Shown here: positions 39,630 through 49,999 of the stretch, piece by piece | How the letters are laid out: each line of letters opens with the position of its first letter | Numbering within the stretch: the first letter of the stretch is position 1 | Assembly (NCBI RefSeq): GCF_004765795.1 | Contig: NZ_SBIV01000004.1 | Coordinates: 1-64,000 of the forward strand | From: Halorussus marinus | Lineage (GTDB): Archaea; Halobacteriota; Halobacteria; Halobacteriales; Haladaptataceae | Direction: 5' to 3' | DNA length: 64,000 nt | The notes under the pieces: model-generated | The model's database searches: none | What the model was told of the DNA's origin: nothing | What the model saw: the letters and a program-made list of their open reading frames with translations, nothing else | Translations under genes and position numbers: made by a program

Positions 39630-40583
39630 GTGAGTCTCTATCGCTCCGTCCGGGCCATCGCCGAGTCGACCGGCGAGGGACCGATCGACTGGGACGCCGT
39701 CGCCGAAGCCGCCAAGGCCTCGACCGATCCCGGTTCCATCGAGCTGACCGCGGACGAGCGCGCCGGCTACGCCGCCGACGTTCGCGACGCCCGCGCCCGC
39801 GTCCGAGAGGTATCGACCATGGCGTTCGACGTGCCGGACGTAGTCGAAGTCCAGAACCGCCACCATTGGATCGACGCCAACATCGAGACGTTCCGGCGCG
39901 TGATGACGCCGATCGAAGAGCACGGCCCCGTGCTGTTCCCCGGCGTCACCCGGACGATCAACACGGGCACGATGTCGGTACTCCTGTCGGTGCTCGCGCG
40001 CAACGTGTTGGGGCAGTTCGACCCCCTGTTACTTGCGGAGGGCGACGACCACGCCCTCTACTTCGTCCGGCCGAACATCCGGCAAATCGCCGGGCAACTC
40101 GACGTCGAGTACGACCGATTCCGACGCTGGATCGCGTTCCACGAGGTGACACACGCCGCCGAGTTCGGCGCGACTCCGTGGCTCTCGGGGCATCTCGAAT
40201 CCCGGATGGAGTCGGGCATCGAGGCGCTGGCCAGCGGCGACCTCGACCGGGAGGCGTTTCGGGACCTCGACGCCGCCATGACCGCGGTCGAGGGGTACGC
40301 CGAACTCCTGATGGACGAGGCGTTCGACGACGAGTACGCCGACCTCCGCGAGAAGATCGAGGCCCGCCGGCGGGGTCGAGATCCCGTCTCGAAACTGCTC
40401 CGCCAACTGCTCGGACTCGGGCTCAAGCGCCGCCAGTACGAGCGCGGAAAGCGATTCTTCGAATCGGTCGCGGCCCAGCGCGGCATCGCGGGCGCGAGCG
40501 CGGTGTGGGACCGCCCGGAGAACCTGCCGACCGACGCCGAACTCGACGACCCCGCGAGGTGGCTCGCGCGAGTCGACGCCTAA
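39630..40583 (+). CDS. zincin-like metalloprotease (DUF2342-type)
   Basis: LGQFDP, HEVTH and MTAVEGYAE. Confidence 0.88.
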   Translation: MSLYRSVRAIAESTGEGPIDWDAVAEAAKASTDPGSIELTADERAGYAADVRDARARVREVSTMAFDVPDVVEVQNRHHWIDANIETFRRVMTPIEEHGPVLFPGVTRTINTGTMSVLLSVLARNVLGQFDPLLLAEGDDHALYFVRPNIRQIAGQLDVEYDRFRRWIAFHEVTHAAEFGATPWLSGHLESRMESGIEALASGDLDREAFRDLDAAMTAVEGYAELLMDEAFDDEYADLREKIEARRRGRDPVSKLLRQLLGLGLKRRQYERGKRFFESVAAQRGIAGASAVWDRPENLPTDAELDDPARWLARVDA

Positions 40584-40783
40584 ACCGAGATCCGGACCAG
40601 ATACGCCAACAGCGCCGCCCCGACCGCGAGCCCGCCCGCGATCGCGGTCGCGATCTCGACGATCGAACCGCCCCCGGAGAGCGTGACCAGCCCCGCCGAC
40701 ACGCCAACCAGCAACACGATCCCGGCCTTCAGTTTGGTCCGCCCGGCTCGGTTCGGATCCTCGTTTCGCGATGGTCCGACCAT
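40580..40783 (-). CDS. small membrane protein
   Basis: MVGPSR...LKAGIVLLVGVSAGLV; two TM helices; follows the NTF2 gene by 2 nt. Confidence 0.7.
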   Translation of the reverse strand: MVGPSRNEDPNRAGRTKLKAGIVLLVGVSAGLVTLSGGGSIVEIATAIAGGLAVGAALLAYLVRISV

Positions 40784-40785
40784 GC

Positions 40786-41157
40786 TCAGAGGTCGTGGGC
40801 CGCGCTTACGTGCATCTGCGCGAACCGCCACTCGTCGGCGCCGCGTTCGAGCACCCCGCTCCACCGCGTGTCGAAAGACAGGCGCTCGCCGTCGGTCGGC
40901 GTCCACGACAGTCCCACCTCGTCGGTGAACCACGCCACCGACTCCCGGTCGGTCGTCCGGAGCCGCCGGCTCTCGACGCGCCACTCGCCGGTCGTCCGAG
41001 TCTGCTCGCGCAGTCCGGCCGCGATCGACTCGTAGCCCGCCAGCCGCTCCGAGACGCCGAACTTCACGACGTCCTCGCGCTCGGCGAAGTACGGTTCGAG
41101 CGGGTCGCCACGCCTGAGCGCCCGGTAGTACGCCCTCACGGTTTCGGTCGGCGTCAT
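40786..41157 (-). CDS. SnoaL/NTF2-like protein
   Basis: TVRAYY...RWSGVL....WRF.QMHVS. Confidence 0.85.
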   Translation of the reverse strand: MTPTETVRAYYRALRRGDPLEPYFAEREDVVKFGVSERLAGYESIAAGLREQTRTTGEWRVESRRLRTTDRESVAWFTDEVGLSWTPTDGERLSFDTRWSGVLERGADEWRFAQMHVSAAHDL

Positions 41158-41232
41158 GGAAAGTCGGTTACCGCGGATCCGCTTAAGCCTACTCTTCGCC
41201 CCCGGCGGGTCGCCCGGCGTGGTCGGCGCGGG

Positions 41233-41784
41233 CTACTGGAATCCGCGCCCGACCGAATCGTCGTCGATGAGGTCGTCGAGTTCGGCGTTCAACAGCTCTT
41301 CGGCCTCCTCGAAGCGCTCGGAGAGCTCCTCGGCCGAGTCCGGTCGACCGTACTGGTCGTACTCCATCGGTCCGAACGCCGGGCTCTCGAGGGCCTCCAT
41401 CACGTCGTCGAAGAAGTCGTTGGGCGTGGTCGGCGCGTCGGCGTGGGCCTTGACGACCTCTTCGAGGTGGCGGGCCTTCGACTCGGCGTCGTCCTCGTCT
41501 TCGGGGGCGCGCTGGACCGCAAAGCGGCCGCCCGACTCGTGTTCGGGGAGGTACGAGCCGATCTCTTCGTCGAGCTTTCGCGCGACCTTCGCGCCCACGC
41601 CCTTGACCTCGTAGGGGTTTTTCGCGTAGGTCTTGAGGTGATAGACGCCCGCACGCGGGTGGCCCAGATACAGATCCTCGCCCACGCCCCCGGCTCTGGT
41701 GCCGCCGACCGCGCGCCAGTCGTCGGGGTCGGTGTCGTTTTTCACCACGTCCTCGACGATGTCCTGCCACTCGCGTATCCGCAT
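41233..41784 (-). CDS. conserved haloarchaeal hypothetical protein
   Basis: MRIREWQD...GEDLYLGHP..LKTYAKNP; acidic. Confidence 0.85.
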   Translation of the reverse strand: MRIREWQDIVEDVVKNDTDPDDWRAVGGTRAGGVGEDLYLGHPRAGVYHLKTYAKNPYEVKGVGAKVARKLDEEIGSYLPEHESGGRFAVQRAPEDEDDAESKARHLEEVVKAHADAPTTPNDFFDDVMEALESPAFGPMEYDQYGRPDSAEELSERFEEAEELLNAELDDLIDDDSVGRGFQ

Positions 41785-41873
41785 GCTTGGGCGTGACAAG
41801 CCACCGAACGGGGATTAACGTATCGGTCCGAACGGCCGGTCTCGGCTCCCGACGCCCGGACGCCGGCTCGGAG

Positions 41874-42407
41874 TCAGTACGTCGGCGACTCTTCGGGGAC
41901 GCCCTCGCGCTGATTGACCGCGCGCGCGAACACGAACAGCGCGTCCGAGAGCCGATTGAGGAACGTCACCGCGGTGGCGTTGACGTCCTCGGCGCTCTCC
42001 AGTGCGACGGCCCGGCGCTCGGCGCGCCGGCAGACGGTCCGGGCGTGGTGGAGGTCGGCGCCCGGCTTGCTTCCGGTCGGGAGGATGAACGATTCGAGGG
42101 GTTCGAGCTCCTCGTCGAAAGAATCGATCCACTCCTCGACGGTCGAGACGTGTTCGTCCCGAACCGCCGGATCGCCCTCGTCGGGGTCGGGGTTCGCGAA
42201 GTCCGCCTGCACGACGTGGAGGACGTTCTGGACCTCCCGGAGGTACTCGTCGACGTCGCCGTGACCGCACGGTCGGATCCGACCGACGAGGGCGTTGAGC
42301 TCGTCGACCGTTCCGTACGCCTCGATCCGGGGGCTGGCCTTCGAGACACGGGACATGTCCCGGAGGTCGGTCTGGCCCTCGTCGCCGCGACCCGTGTAGA
42401 TCTTCAT
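41874..42407 (-). CDS. pduO: PduO-type ATP:cob(I)alamin adenosyltransferase
   Basis: MKIYTGRGD.G.T, AYGTVDELN, ARTVCRRAER and LNRLSD.LF. Confidence 0.95.
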   Translation of the reverse strand: MKIYTGRGDEGQTDLRDMSRVSKASPRIEAYGTVDELNALVGRIRPCGHGDVDEYLREVQNVLHVVQADFANPDPDEGDPAVRDEHVSTVEEWIDSFDEELEPLESFILPTGSKPGADLHHARTVCRRAERRAVALESAEDVNATAVTFLNRLSDALFVFARAVNQREGVPEESPTY

Positions 42408-42465
42408 GAGGGGACCTACCGGCCGGCCGCACTTAATTCCGCCCCCGAACGAGCGGCTCTCCGAG

Positions 42466-42708
42466 TCACTCCGCGAGCGTCGTCTCGACGTACTCCAGAA
42501 TGCGGTCGCTCTCGCCCATGGTCACGCCGTGCTCCTCGTCGACGAGCACCGGGACGCTCCGTTGGTTGCTGACGCGCTTTACCTCGTCGCGTTCGGAGTG
42601 GAGGCCCTCGACCCACTCGGTCTCGTAGTCGACGCCGTTCTCGTCGAGCGCGTCGTGGACCTTCTCGCAGTACGGACAGCCGTCGAGCGAGTACAGTGTG
42701 ACGGACAT
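42466..42708 (-). CDS. glutaredoxin
   Basis: CPYC, SVPVL and ESDRI. Confidence 0.92.
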   Translation of the reverse strand: MSVTLYSLDGCPYCEKVHDALDENGVDYETEWVEGLHSERDEVKRVSNQRSVPVLVDEEHGVTMGESDRILEYVETTLAE

Positions 42709-43019
42709 ACGCGTCCGTTAGGCCCCCCGAGACAAGTAGCTGGCGTCGGACCGCCGAAGACGACCGGCCTGTCGGTCGATTCGACCCCGAACGGCTCCCT
42801 TCGCGGAGCCGATCGCTCCCGACGAAATTTATATAGCGATAATAAATTTATCAGAGGAATCGCCACGTCGAGCGAGCCCGTTCACGTACCGCCCGACCCT
42901 CGACAGCGGAGCCCGAACGGATTCTAACACCACGGCCCCGGAGAGGCGACGGCCTGTCGTCGCTGACGTCGACGGTCCAAACCAGTATCCTCAAATGCCG
43001 CGCGGTTCGACGTTGACCC

Positions 43020-43187
43020 ATGAGTCAGGAACTCGAGTACGAGTGCCCCGAGTGCGGGACCGAACGGACGTTCTATCGGACCGCGAGCACCACCCTCCAC
43101 CTCGGGGAGAAGACCAAGTGGAGCTGTCCGGAGTGTGACTACCGGTTCGTCCGGATCGACGGCGACATCAACTCTGCCGAAGCCTGA
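43020..43187 (+). CDS. 55-aa CPxCG-type zinc-finger microprotein (absent from ORF track)
   Basis: MSQELEYECPECGTERTFYRTASTTLHLGEKTKWSCPECDYRFVRIDGDINSAEA*. Confidence 0.85.
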   Translation: MSQELEYECPECGTERTFYRTASTTLHLGEKTKWSCPECDYRFVRIDGDINSAEA

Positions 43188-43496
43188 ATCCGGCGTCCGC
43201 CATCACTGGATCCGAACGAACCGTGTCCGCGAGCGGCGAGCACGCCCCGACTCACGTTTCTCCTCCACGACTCTGTCTCCTGTTTTGGCTCGGCCTGCCA
43301 GCGCGTCGCGGGACCGTCGACTGCCCATCGAGGGTCCATCGACGACGATCGGGGCCCGGCACACTGGACTGGATGACGAACAAGTCCGGTCGAATCGCCG
43401 GTCGTCGAGCCAGCGTTCGACCCGAACGGCTCTGTTGAAACCTTTCAGATCTGGCTGTGGGTGACGTGCGCACTTCGTGGCGCCAACCAATCACCG

Positions 43497-43841
43497 CTAC
43501 GGCTGTTCTGGATTGTCCAAGTGATACAGGAAGTCGTAGTCCCCGACGTTGTCTCCGTTTTCGAGCACGTCCAACATCACCTGTTCGTGTTCTTCGTCGA
43601 TGGCATGCGAGGATTCCTCGTATGCTTCGTAGACTCGCTCCACGTCCTCTGCTTTCATGTAGTAGATCAGGAAGTCGCCCCCATCCGTGTGTTCGATAAA
43701 GGCCGTTTCTTCGTACATTCCCTCGTTTTTCAGCGTTTCAATCGCCTCGGCTTCGCGGTCGCGGACCTCCCGTGCCCACTCCTCGAGCCGTTGGGTCTTG
43801 CCCGCCTCTATTTTCTGCTTCGAGAGGACTACATCTACCAT
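43497..43841 (-). CDS. DUF6176-like protein
   Basis: R..EA.ETL..EG...E.AF, YYM.AED and S.H.ID..H; AT-richer codons; ATG at 43841. Confidence 0.78.
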   Translation of the reverse strand: MVDVVLSKQKIEAGKTQRLEEWAREVRDREAEAIETLKNEGMYEETAFIEHTDGGDFLIYYMKAEDVERVYEAYEESSHAIDEEHEQVMLDVLENGDNVGDYDFLYHLDNPEQP

Positions 43842-44238
43842 ACCATCTCTGTAGAATTGACACAACATAGTTCTTATCTAACCGACACGGACGCGCCCTA
43901 CATCGCGTATATTCGCCCTATAATATCAGAGGGTCGATGTTTCACCGAGGCCGTCCGAACGAATGTCCGATCACGACGCCCGGGGTTCGGGACCCGAGAC
44001 GGCGGGGACGGTGGACACGACCGACCGCGATTCGATCGCCTGATTACGGAGCAACGGGCTCGGAGCGTGGGACACTCCCAACGAATAAATTATATTTAGA
44101 TATATAGAATCCGTCGCGTCAAGTTGTTAGACGACATCGGCGTGGCGAGCCCGCGAGCCGACTCGCCTCGGAGACCGCCCCGCGTCGAAAGCTCACGCTT
44201 AGAAAGCGTTATCCGTCTGCCCGGACGGAAAAAGAAGT

Positions 44239-46167
44239 ATGAGCGAGATCACTATCTCCCTTCCCGACGGCTCCGAACTGGAGCTTTCGGAGGGGGCGAC
44301 GGTCGAGGACGCCGCGTACGAGATCGGGCCGGGACTCGGCCGGGACACCGTCGCGGGCGTCGTCGACGGCGACCTCGTGGACAAGGCCAGCGAGCTCCCC
44401 GACGGCGCGAACCTCGAAATAGTCACGCCCTCCAGCGACGAGTACGTGGACGTGCTCCGCCACTCGGCGGCCCACGTTTTCGCCCAGGCGCTCGAGCGAC
44501 TCTACCCCGACGCCAAGCTGACCATCGGCCCGTGGACCGACGACGGCTTCTACTACGACATCTACGGCGTCGACCTCGACGAGGAGGACCTCGAAGCGAT
44601 CGAGGCCGAGGCCTACGAGATCATCGAGGAGGACCTCGACATCGAACGCTTCGAGCGCTCGCGCGAGGAGGCCTTCGAGGTCTACGACGACAACCGATTC
44701 AAGCGCGAGATCCTGGAGACCGAGGCGGCCGACGAGGAGTCGATCTCGTTCTACGAACAGGGCGAGTTCGAGGACCTCTGCAAGGGGCCCCACGTCGAGT
44801 CGACCGGCGAGATCGGCGGGTTCGCCCTGCTCTCGATCTCGGGCGCGTACTGGCGCGGCGACGAGGAAAACGAGATGCTGACCCGCGTCTACGGCACCGC
44901 CTTCGAGACCGAGGACGAACTGGAGTCGTTCTTGGAGCGCAGACAGGAAGCCGAGGAGCGCGACCACCGCAAGATCGGCCGCGAGATGGACCTGTTTTCG
45001 ATCCCCGACCACTCGCCGGGTGCGCCCCACTACCACCCCAACGGGATGACCATCCGGCGTGAACTGGAAGACTACATCCGATCCAAGAACGACGAACTGG
45101 GCTACGACGAGGTCTGGACGCCCGAACTCAACAAGGCCGAACTCTGGAAGCCGACGGGCCACTACGACACGTTCAAGGAAGCGGGCGAGATGTTCGCGTG
45201 GGAGCAAGACGACACCGAGTACGGTCTGAAACCGATGAACTGCGCGAACCACGCCCACATCTACGACGACCAGCAGTACTCGTATCGGGACCTGCCGGTC
45301 CGGTTCTCGGAGTTCGGCACCTGCTACCGTAACGAGCAGTCCGGTGAACTCTCCGGACTGCTCCGAGTTCGAGGGTTCACGCAGGACGACGGCCACGCGT
45401 TCATCCGGAAAGACCAGATTCGCGGCGAGATCCTTTCGGTCCTCGACGTCATCGACGACATCTACGGTCACTTCGACCTCGACGTCCAGTACAAACTGGA
45501 GACGAAAGGCGACGACGCGGTCGGGAGCGACGAAATCTGGGAGCAGGCGACCGACGCGCTCAAAGACGCCCTCTCCTCGGAGGGCCTCGACTACGACGTC
45601 GAGTCGGGCGAGGCGGCGTTCTACGGGCCGAAAATCGGCATCAACGCCGTGGACGCGATCGGGCGAGAGTGGACCATCGGCACGGTCCAACTCGACTTCA
45701 ACATCCCCGAACGTCTCGACCTATCCTACACCGGAAAGGACAACGAGGAACACCGGCCGGTGATGGTCCACCGCGCGCTCCTCGGGACGTTCGAGCGCTT
45801 CATGGGGATCATCATCGAACACTTCAAGGGCAACTTCCCGACGTGGCTCGCGCCCGAACAGGTCCGCATCCTGCCGGTGAGCGACGACAACCTCGGGTAC
45901 GCCAAACAGCTTCAGAACCGGTATCTCGGCGACTTCCGAGTCGAGATCGAGGACCGGTCGTGGACGGTCGGCAAGAAGATCCAGCAGGCACACGACGACA
46001 ACGTCCCCTACATGCTGATCGTCGGCGACAACGAGGAGGAAGCCGGGACGATCTCGGTCCGCGACCGACAGGAGCGCGAACGCGACGACGTGGACGTGGA
46101 GGCGTTCGGCGACCACCTCGCCGAGGAGATCGACGGAAAGGCGACGGACCCGACCTTCCTCGAGTAG
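44239..46167 (+). CDS. thrS: threonine--tRNA ligase (bacterial-type architecture)
   Basis: TGS domain, [39 protein letters not shown] and HRALLG. Confidence 0.97.
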   Translation: MSEITISLPDGSELELSEGATVEDAAYEIGPGLGRDTVAGVVDGDLVDKASELPDGANLEIVTPSSDEYVDVLRHSAAHVFAQALERLYPDAKLTIGPWTDDGFYYDIYGVDLDEEDLEAIEAEAYEIIEEDLDIERFERSREEAFEVYDDNRFKREILETEAADEESISFYEQGEFEDLCKGPHVESTGEIGGFALLSISGAYWRGDEENEMLTRVYGTAFETEDELESFLERRQEAEERDHRKIGREMDLFSIPDHSPGAPHYHPNGMTIRRELEDYIRSKNDELGYDEVWTPELNKAELWKPTGHYDTFKEAGEMFAWEQDDTEYGLKPMNCANHAHIYDDQQYSYRDLPVRFSEFGTCYRNEQSGELSGLLRVRGFTQDDGHAFIRKDQIRGEILSVLDVIDDIYGHFDLDVQYKLETKGDDAVGSDEIWEQATDALKDALSSEGLDYDVESGEAAFYGPKIGINAVDAIGREWTIGTVQLDFNIPERLDLSYTGKDNEEHRPVMVHRALLGTFERFMGIIIEHFKGNFPTWLAPEQVRILPVSDDNLGYAKQLQNRYLGDFRVEIEDRSWTVGKKIQQAHDDNVPYMLIVGDNEEEAGTISVRDRQERERDDVDVEAFGDHLAEEIDGKATDPTFLE

Positions 46168-46221
46168 CGCGCCCGAACGGGAAATACTTATATTTCGATA
46201 GATGAGCGGTTAGGACGACAG

Positions 46222-46578
46222 ATGGCACCGGATCTACTGATCGTCGACGACAGCGACTTTCAGCGCACGATGGTCCAGAAGGCGCTCGAATCCGACTTCG
46301 ACGTGGTGGGCGAAGCCGCGAACGGTCGCGAGGCGGTCGAGCAGTACGACCGCCATCGACCCGCGGCGGTCACGATGGACATCATGATGCCCGAGATGGA
46401 CGGCGTCGCGGCCACCGCCGAGATCAAGTCCCGAGACGATCCGCCCGCGGTCGTGATGGTGACCAGCGTCGATCAGCAGAGCAAGATGAAACAGGCCGTC
46501 GAGGCCGGCGCGGACGGCTACGTCACCAAGCCCTTCGAGCCCGAAGACGTCCAGTCGGAGCTGGCGTCGGTCCTCTGA
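46222..46578 (+). CDS. CheY-like single-domain response regulator
   Basis: IVDDS, TMDIMMP.MDG, VTS and KPF. Confidence 0.92.
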   Translation: MAPDLLIVDDSDFQRTMVQKALESDFDVVGEAANGREAVEQYDRHRPAAVTMDIMMPEMDGVAATAEIKSRDDPPAVVMVTSVDQQSKMKQAVEAGADGYVTKPFEPEDVQSELASVL

Positions 46579-46590
46579 ACCAATCGCGAC

Positions 46591-48045
46591 TCACTCCTCG
46601 TCGATCGCCTGCCACGACAGCCGGAGGTTCCGGGCCGCGTCGGTCTGGTCGATGCGGCGGGCGGTGGTGCGTTCGGGAGCCGCTTCGAGGGTCTCGTCGT
46701 CCTCGCCGGCGACCGCGTCGAAGGCGTCGGCGAGCTGATCGAGCGTCTCTTTACTCTCGATCTCGGTCGGCTCGGTCATCAGCGCCTCCGAGACGATCTC
46801 GGGCCACTTCGTGGTCGGCGGGTGGACGCCGTAGTCGAGCATCCGTTTCGCCACGTCGGCGGCGTCCTGATCGCCGGCGCTCGCGACGAACTCGTGGTGG
46901 AACGGCTCGAACGGGACGTCGTAGTCGATCTGGGAGGCGAGGTAGTTGGCGTTCAACACCGCCTTCGCGGAGGCGTCGTCGAGGCCCTCGTCGCCGAGCC
47001 GGGCGATGTAGGCGTAGGTCTTCACGAGCACGAGCCAGTTGCCCTCGAAGCCGTGGACCTTCCCGATCGTGTGTTCGGGCTCGAACCGCTCGTAACGGGC
47101 GTCGTCGCCGCTGGCCTCGCGCTCGCGCACCCGGGGCGCGGGCAGGAATTCGGCGAGCTCGTCGGTCACGCCCACCGGTCCCGCGCCGGGGCCGCCCCCG
47201 CCGTGGGGCGTCGCGAACGTCTTGTGGACGTTGTAGTGCATGATGTCGAACCCCATGTCGCCCGGTCGGGCGCGCCCGAGCAACGCGTTGAGGTTCGCGC
47301 CGTCGTAGTAGAGCAGTCCGCCCGCGTCGTGGACGATGTCGGCGATCTCCTCGATGTCGCGCTCGAAGAGTCCGAGCGTGTTGGGGTTGGTGAGCATGAA
47401 CAGCGCGGTCCGGTCGCCGGCGGCGGCTTCGAGCGCCTCCAGGTCGACCCGACCGTCCTCGCCCGACGGGAGTTCGACCACGTCGTAGCCCGCCAGCGCG
47501 GCGCTCGCGAAGTTGGTGCCGTGGGCCGAGTCCGGGACGATGATCTCGTCGCGCTGCTCGCCCTCGCCGTTCTGCTCGTGGAACGCCTTCGCGACCAGAA
47601 TGCCGGTGAACTCACCGGCCGCGCCGGCCGGCGGCTGGAGGCTGACCGCGTCCATCCCGCCGATGCGCGCAAGGTAGTCCTGGAGCCCGGCCATCAACCC
47701 GAGCGTCCCCTGGAGGCTCTCGTCCGAGCGGTCGTGGTGGACCGCGGCGTCGCCCAGCGCCGCCACGTCCTCGGTGAACTTGGGGTTGTACTTCATCGTA
47801 CAGCTCCCCAGCGGGTACGGCCCGGAGTCGACGCCGTAGTTCATCTGGGAGAGCCGAGTGTAGTGGCGCGCGAGTTGGGGCTCCGAGAGGGCGGGGAGCT
47901 CGAGGTCCTCGCGGGTGAGGTCGTCGGGAAGCGGCGAGTCGACCGCGACTTCCTCGGTGTTCTTCTCGGCGAGGAGCGGCTCGTAGCGGTCGTCGTCCGA
48001 TTCGGCGTCCGCGTCGTGGGTCCAGCGGGCCTGATCGTATCTCAT
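46591..48045 (-). CDS. gcvPB: glycine dehydrogenase subunit 2
   Basis: YPLGSCTMKYNP, AHGTN, DGANLNA and HKTFATPHGGGGPG; SD GAGGTG before the ATG at 48045. Confidence 0.95.
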   Translation of the reverse strand: MRYDQARWTHDADAESDDDRYEPLLAEKNTEEVAVDSPLPDDLTREDLELPALSEPQLARHYTRLSQMNYGVDSGPYPLGSCTMKYNPKFTEDVAALGDAAVHHDRSDESLQGTLGLMAGLQDYLARIGGMDAVSLQPPAGAAGEFTGILVAKAFHEQNGEGEQRDEIIVPDSAHGTNFASAALAGYDVVELPSGEDGRVDLEALEAAAGDRTALFMLTNPNTLGLFERDIEEIADIVHDAGGLLYYDGANLNALLGRARPGDMGFDIMHYNVHKTFATPHGGGGPGAGPVGVTDELAEFLPAPRVREREASGDDARYERFEPEHTIGKVHGFEGNWLVLVKTYAYIARLGDEGLDDASAKAVLNANYLASQIDYDVPFEPFHHEFVASAGDQDAADVAKRMLDYGVHPPTTKWPEIVSEALMTEPTEIESKETLDQLADAFDAVAGEDDETLEAAPERTTARRIDQTDAARNLRLSWQAIDEE

Positions 48046-48074
48046 TTGAGACACCTCGTGTCGAAAATGAGGCT

Positions 48075-48153
48075 CGAAAGGCGAGCGGAGCGAGCCTTTC
48101 GGTGGTTCGGCGAGCGGAGCGAGCCGAAGTTCGACGAGCAACGCGAGTCGAAC
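48075..48153. repeat. triple hairpin REP-like cluster
   Basis: Three stems, each closing an 11-nt GAGC(GGA/AAC)GCGA segment. Confidence 0.85.
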
Positions 48154-48159
48154 CGCATG

Positions 48160-49494
48160 TCAGGCGACCTCCTCGAACGCCGCGACCAGTCGGTCGGCGG
48201 CGTGCTCGTTCGCGTCGGTGATACACACCTGCACCCGGTGGTCGTCCACCGCGTGGACCCCGAAGCCCTCGGCTTCGAGGTCGTCGGCGACGGCGGCGGC
48301 GGGTCGGTCGGTCCGCGCGACGAACTCCCGGAAGTGGTGGCGGTCGTGGACCGGCGCGCGGACGCCCTCGACCTCGTCGAGGCGGCCCGCGAGGTCGGCG
48401 GCGAGCCGGACGCAGTCGTTGGCGAGGTCGACCAGCCCGCCGGGACCCAGAGACGCCGCGTGGATCGCGGTCCGGAGCGCGACCCACGCCTGATTGGTGC
48501 AGATGTTGCTCGTCGCGCGCTCGCGGCGGATGTGCTGTTCGCGGGTCTGGAGCGTCAGCGTGTAGCTCCGTCGCCCGGACTCGTCTTCGCTCGCGCCGAC
48601 GAGTCGGCCGGGGACCTGCCGGACGAACTCCTCGCGACAGGCAAAGAGCCCCAGCCCCATCCCGTAGGCGGTCGGGAGCCCGAGCGCGGCGGCGTCGCCG
48701 ACCACCACGTCGGCGCCGACCGAGGCGGGCTCCTCGAGGACCGACAGCGCCACGGGGTCCGAGCCGAGACAGAACATCGCGTCGTGGTCGGCCGCGAGGT
48801 CGCCGACCGCGTCGAGGCGCTCTTCGACGGTGCCCAACGCGGTCGGGTTCTCGGCGTACACCATCACCGCGTCGCTGTCGATCGCGTCGGCGAGCGCGTC
48901 GACGTCGACGTTGCCGTCGTCGGTGTCGAACGTCTCGACCGAGAGGCCGGCGCCGTCGGTGTAGCTTTCGAGGACGTCGCGGCGCGATTCGAGGAGGTAG
49001 TCGGGCACCAGCACCCGGTCGCCGTCGGTCGACCGGACGCGCGCCGCGAGTAGCGCCGCCTCGGCCAGCGCGGTCGCGTGGTCGTACATCGAGGCGTTGA
49101 CGATTTCGAGCCCGGTGAGTTCGACCAGCATCGACTGGTACTCGAACAGCGCCTGGAGGAACCCCTGCGTGACCTCGGGCTGGTACTGGGTGTAGGAGGT
49201 CAGAAACTCCGAGCGCTGGGAGATGTGATCGACCAGCGAGGGCACGTAGTGCTCGTAGTGGCCCCGGCCGAGGAACTCGGTCAGATCGTCGTTGCGCGCG
49301 AGCAGTCCCCGAACGTGGCGTTCGGCCTCGCGTTCGCTTCTGGACTCGATACCGAACTCGCCGTCGAACGCGACCGACGCGGGAATGTCGAAGAGGTCGT
49401 CGACGCCCTCTACCCCGACCGCCGAGAGCATCGCCTCGGTCTCGGCGTCGGTGTGTGAGGCGTACGGCGTTCCCCTCTCGTTTCGTCCGCTCAT
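48160..49494 (-). CDS. gcvPA: glycine dehydrogenase subunit 1
   Basis: [27 protein letters not shown] and [20 protein letters not shown]. Confidence 0.96.
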   Translation of the reverse strand: MSGRNERGTPYASHTDAETEAMLSAVGVEGVDDLFDIPASVAFDGEFGIESRSEREAERHVRGLLARNDDLTEFLGRGHYEHYVPSLVDHISQRSEFLTSYTQYQPEVTQGFLQALFEYQSMLVELTGLEIVNASMYDHATALAEAALLAARVRSTDGDRVLVPDYLLESRRDVLESYTDGAGLSVETFDTDDGNVDVDALADAIDSDAVMVYAENPTALGTVEERLDAVGDLAADHDAMFCLGSDPVALSVLEEPASVGADVVVGDAAALGLPTAYGMGLGLFACREEFVRQVPGRLVGASEDESGRRSYTLTLQTREQHIRRERATSNICTNQAWVALRTAIHAASLGPGGLVDLANDCVRLAADLAGRLDEVEGVRAPVHDRHHFREFVARTDRPAAAVADDLEAEGFGVHAVDDHRVQVCITDANEHAADRLVAAFEEVA

Positions 49495-49621
49495 GTACTC
49501 GGGTGTTAGGAGCGTACCGTTTTAAGAGGGTGGTATTCGGTTACGTTCTCCGGTGTTGGCGCCCCAGCGGGCGACGCGAGCGACTCTCGGGGACGGCGAG
49601 GACCCCCCGCGAGCCCGGGCG

Positions 49622-49999
49622 TTATTCGATCTGGTCGCGGTACTCGTCGGCGCTCAGCAGGTCGTCGCTCTCCTCGTCGACCTCGACTTCGAGCATCCAG
49701 CCCTCGCCGAACGGGTCCTCGTTGACCAGTTCGGGCTGGTCGTGGAGCGCGTCGTTGATCCCGACGACGGTGCCGCTCACCGGCGAGTAGAGGTCCGAGA
49801 CCGCCTTGATCGACTCGACGACGCCGAACTCCTCGCCGGCGGTCACGTCGTCGCCCTCGTCGGGGAGTTCGACGAACACCACGTCGCCGAGTTCGTCCTG
49901 CGCGAAGTCGGTGATGCCGACCGTCGCGGTTGCGTCTCCGTGGTCGACCCACTCGTGCGATTCGAGGTAGTTCCGGTCGTCGGGTACGTCGAAGCTCAT
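49622..49999 (-). CDS. gcvH: glycine cleavage system H protein
   Basis: [16 protein letters not shown] and ESIKAVSD lipoyl-Lys. Confidence 0.96.
   Translation of the reverse strand: MSFDVPDDRNYLESHEWVDHGDATATVGITDFAQDELGDVVFVELPDEGDDVTAGEEFGVVESIKAVSDLYSPVSGTVVGINDALHDQPELVNEDPFGEGWMLEVEVDEESDDLLSADEYRDQIE

Noticed and set aside
48046..48141. N-terminal extension of GcvPB from 48141
   Set aside because: It runs through the hairpin repeat; the SD-preceded ATG at 48045 is the better start
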